Positions 26,923 through 36,646 of a DNA stretch of 64,000 nt are shown here, piece after piece. The first letter of the stretch is position 1. Each line of letters opens with the position of its first letter. This DNA comes from a virus (taxonomy: Duplodnaviria > Heunggongvirae > Uroviricota > Caudoviricetes). The stretch is from the IMG/VR virus record IMGVR_UViG_2703718775_000013, one strand, 5' to 3'. A program made the translations under genes and the position numbers. A model generated the notes under the pieces. It did not search any database, had not been told where the DNA came from, and saw only the letters and a program-made list of their open reading frames with translations.

Positions 26923-27702
26923 ATGAAATTATTTAATGTAATAACATTTTGTTGTGCTATTTTTGCTGGAAGCGCGATAGCTGATAATAAATTGCCAGAT
27001 TGGCTTTCTACTTCAAAAAAAGATTATGATTTAGTAAGGGTGTTCTATTTGTCTGGATTTGCCTCGAAAGCAATGAATAATCAATTTGGTTATCATTTTC
27101 CATCTGAGTTGGTTAATGATTTTAAAGATAATGAATTTGCCGCTCAGGAAAAATGGAATAAAATTTCAATTGTATATGGTGAAATAAAATCCATAAGAAT
27201 GGTGAATAATGAACCAATTGTAGAGTTATTTACTCCAGGGGAAAATGCAACGCCACTAAATTATATCAAATTGAAAGTGTTGGATTCAAAACAAAACTCT
27301 CTGTTAAAACTAAAAAAAGGGGATGATATATATGCAGTGTGCTCCGGTGCTAATTTTAGTTTAGTGCCAATTCTGAGCAACTGCACTCCAGCAACTGACG
27401 TCATTGATGCTGCACTCTCTTTTTCTGGTGAATATATGTTCCCTGCTTTTGATTCTTTTTCACCTACTAAGCAAAACGTCAAATATATATTCACAAATCA
27501 AGATCCTGTTCAGATGATGAATTTTATAGGGTACCTATCCTTAGTCGATACAACGAAGGATAAGAATAAAATGGATATGGTTCGTAAGTGTACGCCTTGG
27601 AAGCCGGAATGTTCACAACAATTCGTTGATGTAATGGAAGGATTTGATAACATCATGTATAAATATGAGAGGGAATTTAAAAATTACATAGAATTAAAAT
27701 AG
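26923..27702 (+). CDS. secreted hypothetical protein (signal peptide), candidate superinfection-exclusion-type function
   Basis: MKLFNVITFCCAIFAGSAIA-DNK...; 259 aa; AT-rich; followed by terminator. Confidence 0.6.
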   Translation: MKLFNVITFCCAIFAGSAIADNKLPDWLSTSKKDYDLVRVFYLSGFASKAMNNQFGYHFPSELVNDFKDNEFAAQEKWNKISIVYGEIKSIRMVNNEPIVELFTPGENATPLNYIKLKVLDSKQNSLLKLKKGDDIYAVCSGANFSLVPILSNCTPATDVIDAALSFSGEYMFPAFDSFSPTKQNVKYIFTNQDPVQMMNFIGYLSLVDTTKDKNKMDMVRKCTPWKPECSQQFVDVMEGFDNIMYKYEREFKNYIELK

Positions 27703-27735
27703 TATTTGAAATGATAGTCAATTTAAGTTTTAACA

Positions 27736-27766
27736 AAACGCCCATTAAAGGGCGTTTTATTGTTTT
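27736..27766 (+). terminator. rho-independent terminator
   Basis: AAACGCCCATTAAAGGGCGTTT hairpin then T-rich tract. Confidence 0.7.
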
Positions 27767-27887
27767 ACTCAAAACAATCTGATTATGTGATAACCATATC
27801 ATATTCCTCATTCCACCTACACTGATTACCCCCCAGACAACAACATTCCTACTCAATGAACAAATGACTACTCGTAGAATCGGTTAA

Positions 27888-28478
<591 letters not shown>

Positions 28479-28488
28479 GGGGGCTGAT

Positions 28489-29100
28489 ATGGGGCTTAAT
28501 GTTGCTTCAGTAAAGTCTTATGTATCTTCGGCATTAACGACGACATTATTTGGCTCCGGCGTTGGTGAGCGGGAAGTTGGTAAGCTGACGTCAATCATCA
28601 TGAACAAAATGCTGTTCGCGCAAGGATGGCAGTTCTCTGTCGAAGTTGATGGTCTGGAGGGGGCAGACTTCTTTGCCAAAGACATTACCTACCACGATTA
28701 CAGCATCGAATATGAAACGATTAAAATAGGCGGAGGGAATATCCTTCAGCCAACGGAGCGTTCGCCTGGGCAGATAACAATGATGGTCAGGGATACCGTT
28801 GATGGCCTCGTTTTGGACTGGTTTAAGACGGCAAAAGGTCGGGTGATCAATCCGGACGGTACCGGGAATATACCGTCTAAATATTTGCTCAATGTGCGTA
28901 TTTATCGGTTGCTGTCCTCCGGTTTAACCAAACTGGAAAATGAGATGACGGTATTCCCGGTCACTACCGGCGATGTCACCTATGCGCGGGATCAGGTTAC
29001 GGAATTTAAGTCATTCCCAATGACCTTCGCATTGCACAGCACGTTTAACCAATCCTCAAGTTCTTTAGCTTCCCTTCTGGGCTTTAGTTTTTCTCTTTGA
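28489..29100 (+). CDS. virion morphogenesis protein (function unassigned)
   Basis: 203-aa ORF, tightly packed in the same operon. Confidence 0.6.
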   Translation: MGLNVASVKSYVSSALTTTLFGSGVGEREVGKLTSIIMNKMLFAQGWQFSVEVDGLEGADFFAKDITYHDYSIEYETIKIGGGNILQPTERSPGQITMMVRDTVDGLVLDWFKTAKGRVINPDGTGNIPSKYLLNVRIYRLLSSGLTKLENEMTVFPVTTGDVTYARDQVTEFKSFPMTFALHSTFNQSSSSLASLLGFSFSL

Positions 29101-29114
29101 ATTAAGGAGCAAGG

Positions 29115-29996
29115 ATGCTTTTACCTCTTTTCCCGCTACCATCGCGGCCAACTGAATTGATCCAGTTCCGTCAGCCAAATATTGCTGATGCGATGCGTTT
29201 CAACTCGATAACACCGGAGGAACAAGAACAACAGACAACGGCGTATTTAAAAGCCTTGCTGGCTGAACCCGCGAAATATGATCCCCTGACATGGACGGCG
29301 CAGGACCGGATTACCGCGTTATGGTGGATATTTACTGGCTCCCGTGAAACACCGGTCGAGACATTCACCTACACCTGTAAACATTGCGGTAAAGAGCATT
29401 ATTACGATTGCGATATGAATGCTCTGGCTGAAGATATCCAGGTCCTGGAAGTGGAACCGTTCATTGACGATATTGAGGTGTCTGTAGAGGGCGTGCCTTA
29501 TCAATGGCGTATCGTGCCGCTTGATGGTTGGGCAATGGAAATGCTGGAGATGCGCCGTGCAGCATTGCCACCTGAAGACGACGCGGAATTCAAAGAAGCG
29601 ATCGTTGATTTGCGTTTTTGGGAATTCGCTTATCAGTGTGAACTTTATAACGATGTTAGCGGTACTCGTGAAGAGCAGGCTGAGCGTCGTTATGAAACGA
29701 TCAAACGGATGGCCATTGATACTGAATTTATGAAGCTGGCGGCACACATCCGACTGGCTCATGAAAAGCTCGAACATGGTTTACCGTGCTACATCGATAA
29801 AGGCGAAATGCGTCTTCGTCTCCCGCCGCACAAATGCCCAAACCAGGATAAAAAGGAGTCCACAGAGGGTGCGTATACCCGTCTGTGGGTGCCCTTTCGG
29901 GCTACCGACTTCATTCCACAGGTGGGGATTGAAAAGCTATCAGACCTTAGTGTCCAACCTGGTTTTGTATGGGGGTATACCGATTCAGGACGCTGA
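29115..29996 (+). CDS. virion morphogenesis protein (function unassigned)
   Basis: 293-aa ORF upstream of sit. Confidence 0.6.
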   Translation: MLLPLFPLPSRPTELIQFRQPNIADAMRFNSITPEEQEQQTTAYLKALLAEPAKYDPLTWTAQDRITALWWIFTGSRETPVETFTYTCKHCGKEHYYDCDMNALAEDIQVLEVEPFIDDIEVSVEGVPYQWRIVPLDGWAMEMLEMRRAALPPEDDAEFKEAIVDLRFWEFAYQCELYNDVSGTREEQAERRYETIKRMAIDTEFMKLAAHIRLAHEKLEHGLPCYIDKGEMRLRLPPHKCPNQDKKESTEGAYTRLWVPFRATDFIPQVGIEKLSDLSVQPGFVWGYTDSGR

Positions 29997-30077
29997 AAGG
30001 CTCACTGAATCCTATGCGTTTTTCCTGTTGGAGAAACTGGAAGAAAAACTTAAACCGAAGCGGTAGGCGATAAGATC

Positions 30078-33000
30078 ATGGAAAGAAAAAACGCCAACAT
30101 TGACGATGTGATAAGGACGGTTGAAACCGCCAGCGCAAAAGAGCTGGAAGAGCTTGCAGGTATTCGGGAAGCTGTTGAAGATTTGAAAGGGGGGCGAGTT
30201 GCTACTGTTGATCCTGTCTCTCGCAGCGTGTCGGCATTAAATCGCACAATCGAAAATTCCCGGCCTGACTTTGTGGCCAAAGCGCCATCCGTAGACCCTA
30301 TTGTTGACGCAATGAAACGGCTTAATTTAGGGGACGTTTCTCGTGTAGTTCAGGAAGATGTTGCTCAACAGGAACAGCGGGCCAAATCAACCACACAAAA
30401 GGGTAAAAAACGACGCAGGAAGGCTATACCAGAGGATGTAAAGGCACAACGGACCGAAGCAGCCGAACACGCTCGCGAAATGTTCGGTCAAAAAGGCGGT
30501 GCGCAAAAAAGCCAAAACCAACGCGATGCGCGTGGTCGTTTTATTGGAAAGTCAGGGAGTAAGGCCGCAGCGGAAGATGCCCGTGCTGAACGAGCAGAAA
30601 AGGCCAGGCGAAAAGAGGATGATGAGCGTCTAAATGCTGAATCAGGTTTATTAAAAAAACTGTCAAAAGTAGCTGAAGGCATAGGTAACCCTTCAGAGAC
30701 TCGTGCCGTCGATGCGTTAGGTTACGCCGTTGCTGGTCCATTGTGGGCAGCAGGGAAGGAGCTTGGCGGGATATCAAAAGAAGTTGGTGGATCGCTTAAT
30801 GGTGCCAGAAAGTCTATTGCCGATGTGATTCGTGGCAATGACGATAACAGCCGTAGAAAAGGTTTTTTTAGGCGTAAATCGCAAAATAGTGCCGATGTCG
30901 TTCAGGTTAACACCCAAAAACGGACGGTTCAGGAACTTCAGGAGCAGACCAGCGAAATTAAAGAGGGCAATGACAAGATTCTCCGTGCCCTTGATCAGAT
31001 AGCCAAAAACACCGGTAAAAAGAAGGGCGGCTTGCTGTCCAAACTATTTAGCCTGTTAGGGAAGGGGGCCGGTGGCGTCGCGTCGTTGTTAATGGGGCGT
31101 GGCATGCTGAAAAAAGCTGGAGCACTCGCTTTTGGCGCTCTGGGGGCAAAGAAACTTGTAGGAATGCTACGCGGTGGTGGCAAGAAGACTCTCGCTCATG
31201 AAGGCGGAGATTTGGCTGCCCGGGCAGCAGGTAAACTTGGATTAAAGGCAGTTGGTAAAGGGGCGTTACGCGCAATTCCCCTAGTCGGCACAGTGGCTGG
31301 AGGTATTTATGGTGCGGTAACCGGTTGGAATGATACAGAAGCGCAACGTCGAGCGTTTGGGCTTAAATCAGGACAAGATCCATCATTCCAGCAAAAAGCC
31401 GCTTATACGTTAGCTAATGTTCTTGATATGGGGGGACTGGTATCTGGTATTAGCAGCGCCATTGGTGAGGTTCTCAAATCACTTGGATTTGAGGATATCG
31501 GCAATATGTTGCAATCATTTTCGACGGAAAGTATTGCCCAGGCCATTGATAGTGGGATTACCAACTTAGAAACATATATTTCTAACCTTGGCGACACCAT
31601 TTCTACCAAGTTCGATGATTACACAGCAAAGATTGGTGATGCTGTTTCAGCATGGTTTAGCGATACATCTAATAAGCTGCTTGAAAAGCTGGATGCCATC
31701 AAAGACTTCTTTACTGTCGATAACCTGAAACAGGTTTTCAGTGATGCAATTGATAGTGCAATTGATTTCATTAAGAACCCAGGGAAACACATTAAAGAGG
31801 CGGCTGGTAATATTTGGGATGGGGTTAAAAATTTACCCGGTAAAGCATTAGATGCAGCGGTTGATGCCGTTAAAAATACCCCTGCGGCAATGATTGTATC
31901 AAAAATACCCAATCCGATCGGCGAGGCTAATGCGAAAGAAATCACTCCAGAGTTAAAAGCTCCGGTTAATAGCCACCAGGAGACATCTGATTCTAAAACT
32001 GAATCCGATGCCAAACAGACTAATATTGTTACCCGCGTGATAAATGCGGCACTGGACACGGCGAAAGATAGCAATAAAACAGTTAAAGAAACTGCTAATC
32101 AGATTATCAATGCAAATGCCGTAGAAACGGGCAATAGCGCGTTGCAGAAAATTGATAAAGCTATTGGTCAAAATAGCTCGTCATCATCGTCGCTTAATAC
32201 CACTGGCACTAGGAATGACATTCAGAAAGCTGCGGATACCTACAACAATGGCAACTTGGATGTAAAAGTCGGAAGTCTTGGCGCTGAAGGTAAGGCAAAT
32301 CTCGATAAGTTGGCTCCGTATTTTGCTGAACTAGAGAATAAATATAGCCTTCCTGAAGGTACTCTTTACGCGATCGCTGCAACTGAATCTGGTGGTGATC
32401 CTAACGCAAAATCTACGCTTACAAGATCACCAAATGGAAAGCTAAGTGGTGGCGCTCTCGGAATGTTCCAGTTTACGAGCGTTGCTCGTGAGGAAACTGG
32501 ATTATCCCGGGAAGATTCTTTTAATCCGGAAAAATCGGCAGAAGCTGCGGCTCTTCTCATGAGCAAGTATCTGAAGCAAGCCAATGGAGACTTAAACGAG
32601 GCCATCACTGCATATAACGCTGGGTTTGGCACTATTAATAAGTGGAAAAAAGGCACAGGTGACTTATCGAAAGAAAACCGTGAGTACGCGATCAAGGTCA
32701 ATACTCATCGTGCTCGCTATTTAGGTGGTGAAATCTATACACCTGGGGCAGGAGCACAGGGTGGGGCGCAATTTGGAGTGAGGGGACCACTGCCTGATAA
32801 CGCCGTTATCGATCAGTCTACTGGTCTGGCGTTTACCCCTGGTGATAGCCCGTTTGAGAAAGGCGGTCTGGTAGACAAAATCGGCAATGCTGTTGGCGTT
32901 AACGATCTGGTCAACAAATTCATGAATGGCCGGGGGATGCGTCGGGAAGTCGTCCAGGGAACCCTCGAAGAACGTGCACGAGGAAGGGGAACCGCAACGG

Positions 33001-33500
33001 CAGCTGGCAATGTGTATGTTGATACACCTATGCCAGTTGAAGAGGCACGTCCGGTGGCCAACAACTCAAGTTACTTTGACCAGCTCGGCGCACAAATGGG
33101 GATTGATGGACTGTATGACAAACTCATTAATGCCCGGGGAATGCGCTCAAATAATTCTCCTCAACCAGACTCCACGCCCCAGGTGACGACTGCCGCCAAC
33201 GATTTGCAGCAACCAACCGGTCGTATGCAGATAGACGGGCAGGTTATTAGTGACCTTGGCGGTTCTGGTGCCAAGCCGACAATGCAGTTGGCTGATAATA
33301 CCGTTTCACTTGATGGTGAAACGAAGCGGCTGTTTGCGCAGATGACCTCATTGCTTGCCAGGATTGAAGAGCACACCAAAGACTCGGCGAAAGGCCAGGG
33401 AACTGTCGTAAAGGTCAGCACGCCTCAACCGGGCGTTATGCGCACGGTGCCACTGTCAATTGATGATCCGTTGATGAATGACTACGCGAGAGTTGATTGA
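30078..33500 (+). CDS. sit: tape-measure-like protein with lytic transglycosylase (SLT) domain, P1 Sit-like
   Basis: 1140 aa; coiled/Gly-rich N-terminal part; SLT motif region ATESGGDPNA...GGALGMFQFT...AYNAGFG. Confidence 0.85.
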   Translation: MERKNANIDDVIRTVETASAKELEELAGIREAVEDLKGGRVATVDPVSRSVSALNRTIENSRPDFVAKAPSVDPIVDAMKRLNLGDVSRVVQEDVAQQEQRAKSTTQKGKKRRRKAIPEDVKAQRTEAAEHAREMFGQKGGAQKSQNQRDARGRFIGKSGSKAAAEDARAERAEKARRKEDDERLNAESGLLKKLSKVAEGIGNPSETRAVDALGYAVAGPLWAAGKELGGISKEVGGSLNGARKSIADVIRGNDDNSRRKGFFRRKSQNSADVVQVNTQKRTVQELQEQTSEIKEGNDKILRALDQIAKNTGKKKGGLLSKLFSLLGKGAGGVASLLMGRGMLKKAGALAFGALGAKKLVGMLRGGGKKTLAHEGGDLAARAAGKLGLKAVGKGALRAIPLVGTVAGGIYGAVTGWNDTEAQRRAFGLKSGQDPSFQQKAAYTLANVLDMGGLVSGISSAIGEVLKSLGFEDIGNMLQSFSTESIAQAIDSGITNLETYISNLGDTISTKFDDYTAKIGDAVSAWFSDTSNKLLEKLDAIKDFFTVDNLKQVFSDAIDSAIDFIKNPGKHIKEAAGNIWDGVKNLPGKALDAAVDAVKNTPAAMIVSKIPNPIGEANAKEITPELKAPVNSHQETSDSKTESDAKQTNIVTRVINAALDTAKDSNKTVKETANQIINANAVETGNSALQKIDKAIGQNSSSSSSLNTTGTRNDIQKAADTYNNGNLDVKVGSLGAEGKANLDKLAPYFAELENKYSLPEGTLYAIAATESGGDPNAKSTLTRSPNGKLSGGALGMFQFTSVAREETGLSREDSFNPEKSAEAAALLMSKYLKQANGDLNEAITAYNAGFGTINKWKKGTGDLSKENREYAIKVNTHRARYLGGEIYTPGAGAQGGAQFGVRGPLPDNAVIDQSTGLAFTPGDSPFEKGGLVDKIGNAVGVNDLVNKFMNGRGMRREVVQGTLEERARGRGTATAAGNVYVDTPMPVEEARPVANNSSYFDQLGAQMGIDGLYDKLINARGMRSNNSPQPDSTPQVTTAANDLQQPTGRMQIDGQVISDLGGSGAKPTMQLADNTVSLDGETKRLFAQMTSLLARIEEHTKDSAKGQGTVVKVSTPQPGVMRTVPLSIDDPLMNDYARVD

Positions 33501-33856
33501 TGGCCAACAATAACGAAATTGATCCTTTACTGACGCTGGAGTTATCCGGCGTAAAAACGTATGAGTCCCAGGAGGAGGCCTGGGGCGCTCGTTTATATGA
33601 GTGGCTAAACACTTATCAGGGTGAGGTATACGGAGATCCGTCATGGGGCAATGTTTTACCGCAGTTTAAACACGAACCGACCAACTTGTCGCATGTTCAA
33701 ATTGCGGTTGAGGCAATGCTGTTGCAAAAACTGACGGTAGATTTACCTGACATACCGATTTCTGGCTTGTCAGTAGCCGAGGGAGATGCTTTTGATAAGT
33801 TGAAAATATCCATTCGTATCAGGGATATAACTATCACACAGGACGTGGTGCTATGA
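33497..33856 (+). CDS. baseplate/tail assembly protein (small)
   Basis: 119-aa ORF with ATGA overlap to sit stop. Confidence 0.6.
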   Translation: MMANNNEIDPLLTLELSGVKTYESQEEAWGARLYEWLNTYQGEVYGDPSWGNVLPQFKHEPTNLSHVQIAVEAMLLQKLTVDLPDIPISGLSVAEGDAFDKLKISIRIRDITITQDVVL

Positions 33857-35286
33857 GTAAAACAACACCGACTAAAGACAGTATTCGTGCAGAGTTTGAA
33901 GAGCTTGTCGAGAAAGATTCATTCTGGTCGAAGTTTGTCGGCTCTCAATTTGTCTCGATGCTGACATTGTTTATTACCCAGATTGTCTACAGGTGCTTTC
34001 AGTATGCCGATGCGGCGCTGGCTGAAGGCTTTATATCGACCGCGACGCGGCGTTCCTCTATCCTGGCAGCGGCAGAAACGAATAGTTACGTTGGTACCAA
34101 GCCAACACCGTCATCGGGGATGATTGAGATCACCGCCACAAGTGAAGATGCCCCAGCGGTAATCCCCAAAAACATGCCTTTAATATCTGACGACCAGTAC
34201 CCTTACATGACTATGGATGTATGCAGGTTGGTTGACGGCACCGGTACGGTAGAAGTGGCACAGTTGGAAATCCAGGAGGTGACATATACCGTTACGGCAG
34301 CCAAAGAATTTCTGGAAGTCGTGTTATCAAAGGCTCTCACTGCTGTCTGCTATAAGCTGGAAGTATTCGTGACGACCGATGGTAAGACCACGCAGTGGTC
34401 TTCCAGCACTATGTTCCGGTTAGCCGGTAGTAAAAGCCAGGTCTACGTTGAGTTTTATAAGCCATCCGAGCAGTTGGGGGTTCGATTCGGTGATGGGCTA
34501 ATTGGGCAAATACCGCCAGAAGGCTCGACCATTACGCTTAAGGTATGGTGCACCAACGGCGATATAACCCTGGTTGCTGGCCAAAACCTGACGCCTGTCG
34601 ATTCTGCGGCTAATTTAGCTAATTTGATTTCAGTTAAGACAACGACACCTATAACCGCAGGTACCGATGCCGAAACAACGGAGATCACACGTAACCGTGC
34701 ACAATATTACCTTGCCTATGATGATCAGGTCGTATGGGGCGGGGACTATACGTATTTTCTGGTGCGTAACATCCCGGGACTGTCATGGGTAAAGGCATGG
34801 GGCGAAGGCCAGCAAGAGAAATTAGATGGTGCTTATAATGTTCGGAATATCAATAAGATATTTATTTCAGGGTGGCATCCAAATAAAAGCCAGTCAGAGC
34901 TTGAAGAAATGATCCTGGCTGCCTTTAAGAAGGTGCCGAATGAGTTGAACAAGAAATTCTCGTATAAAGAGGTCAGAAAACTACCATTTAAGATAACCAT
35001 CACCGGACGGATATCGGCAAGCCTGACCATTGAGAATGTGACCGATGAGCTGAAGTCGGCACTGGAAACAAAATTTGGGCGCGACTCAACTTTCTTTGAT
35101 CCGAACCGCGTCGGGAAGTACATCCTGATTAAGAAAAAAGACGTTTGGGCGTTTATCGAAACGCTGGGTTATTTCCGCGACTTTTATCTGGAATTTGTCG
35201 AGTGGAATGAGTCCAACGGCTTTTACGATTTCGTTTATCTGGATACAGAAAACTCCACCTTTAATATTTCGTATGAGGAGGAGTGA
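33853..35286 (+). CDS. baseplate protein candidate
   Basis: 477-aa ORF, overlapping start/stop with neighbours. Confidence 0.55.
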   Translation: MSKTTPTKDSIRAEFEELVEKDSFWSKFVGSQFVSMLTLFITQIVYRCFQYADAALAEGFISTATRRSSILAAAETNSYVGTKPTPSSGMIEITATSEDAPAVIPKNMPLISDDQYPYMTMDVCRLVDGTGTVEVAQLEIQEVTYTVTAAKEFLEVVLSKALTAVCYKLEVFVTTDGKTTQWSSSTMFRLAGSKSQVYVEFYKPSEQLGVRFGDGLIGQIPPEGSTITLKVWCTNGDITLVAGQNLTPVDSAANLANLISVKTTTPITAGTDAETTEITRNRAQYYLAYDDQVVWGGDYTYFLVRNIPGLSWVKAWGEGQQEKLDGAYNVRNINKIFISGWHPNKSQSELEEMILAAFKKVPNELNKKFSYKEVRKLPFKITITGRISASLTIENVTDELKSALETKFGRDSTFFDPNRVGKYILIKKKDVWAFIETLGYFRDFYLEFVEWNESNGFYDFVYLDTENSTFNISYEEE

Positions 35287-36122
35287 TGCAGCGTTCCTGG
35301 TTTAATAACCGGCTTACATCAGCTAAGCAAAAGTCATTGCTCTATAAATCATTGGCTGATTTGGTTCAGTCAATGATGGACACCTTTGTTGACCCATGGT
35401 TGGAGCGAATTACCAACCGGAAGTCTATTTTCTCCATGAGCAAGGAGGATCTGGAGACCAGGACAAATGAACTTGGCCAGTTCTTTACTATCAGAACCTC
35501 GGACTCATCTTCCGTTCCGATGTTGTTACAACAGCGGCTTGATGAGATCCACTTTAAGGGAACAGAACGTCCTATAAACCAGACAATTTACCGCGAATTT
35601 AACGGTATTTCTGTTTTATGGGATCCGATATATGCACCGGTGGACCTTGAGCGTCATCCCTATGGCACGGTTCTAATACCAGAAAGCACACTGGAGACTA
35701 CCGGCGGCACATTCGGCGAGATGTTTCTGACTTCCAGAGGGATGATCAGTATTCCCATAAACGACCTGGCCCGGACAATGGGTATTACTGGCACGATAGA
35801 TCAGTCCGCAATTACAGAAGAAATTCTCAGAAAGTTTAATCAGTTCGTAAAGCCTCTACTGCCACTGCATATAGTGTTTGATGGGCTTACGCTCTATTTG
35901 TCGGTTGTTGTAAATGAACAGGCCGACATGATCACTTTGAACGAGATTTCTGATACCGAAAAAGCATTCTGCTGGTTTGAAACTTCGGATACAACTTCGC
36001 TTACTGGAGTTACGTCGATTAGCGCCCCGATCACCGCAACGCCTGGTGGCACTATTGTGAAAGCGACACCTACGTTTGATCGCACCCGCGCAGATGATTT
36101 GTTGCTGGATAGCGACGCCTGA
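35283..36122 (+). CDS. baseplate/tail protein candidate
   Basis: 279-aa ORF coupled to upstream gene. Confidence 0.55.
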   Translation: MMQRSWFNNRLTSAKQKSLLYKSLADLVQSMMDTFVDPWLERITNRKSIFSMSKEDLETRTNELGQFFTIRTSDSSSVPMLLQQRLDEIHFKGTERPINQTIYREFNGISVLWDPIYAPVDLERHPYGTVLIPESTLETTGGTFGEMFLTSRGMISIPINDLARTMGITGTIDQSAITEEILRKFNQFVKPLLPLHIVFDGLTLYLSVVVNEQADMITLNEISDTEKAFCWFETSDTTSLTGVTSISAPITATPGGTIVKATPTFDRTRADDLLLDSDA

Positions 36123-36200
36123 CAATCACCCCGTCCGCAGGGCGGGGTGACAAGTTACTTCTCTTACAATGAGGCTTCACAACAGTGATTAGGGAAAATC

Positions 36201-36635
36201 ATGTCTGACGTCTCAACAAACCTCTATAAGAGTCAGTTGTTGGACTATTACTATCAGCGGCGCGCTGAATCGTCCATTAACAAAGGCTCTCGATTTTTAA
36301 TCAGCAAGGCCGTTTTCGGTACCAGTTCTCTGGTTACTAAGAAAGGAGATGGCACTTATGAGATTGGAGAACTGCCAAAGGCTTTCGATCTGGCAGAACT
36401 GACCAGCCAATTTTGTACCATCAACCTCGTGCCAACCTACTCAGGTGGGATAATTACTGTCCGAATGGACCTTGATCAAAGCCAGTTGCAGGAAGGGAAA
36501 AACTACCCATTCAACACTCTGGTTGTTCTGGATAACGAGAACAAGCCAATCGCCATTATTTGTGTCCAGGAAGACTCGCTGTATGTGGGCAAAACATATA
36601 CCGCAGTTATGGCCATAAACACGACTACAGCATAA
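36201..36635 (+). CDS. tail fibre-associated structural protein (R-like position)
   Basis: 144-aa ORF directly upstream of tail-fibre gene. Confidence 0.5.
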   Translation: MSDVSTNLYKSQLLDYYYQRRAESSINKGSRFLISKAVFGTSSLVTKKGDGTYEIGELPKAFDLAELTSQFCTINLVPTYSGGIITVRMDLDQSQLQEGKNYPFNTLVVLDNENKPIAIICVQEDSLYVGKTYTAVMAINTTTA

Positions 36636-36646
36636 GGATATGCTTG

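Noticed and set aside
36560-36646. N-terminal extension of tail fibre ORF from ATG at 36560
   Set aside because: Extension overlaps the upstream gene and lacks RBS; ATG at 36647 follows the upstream stop and has an AGGA SD.
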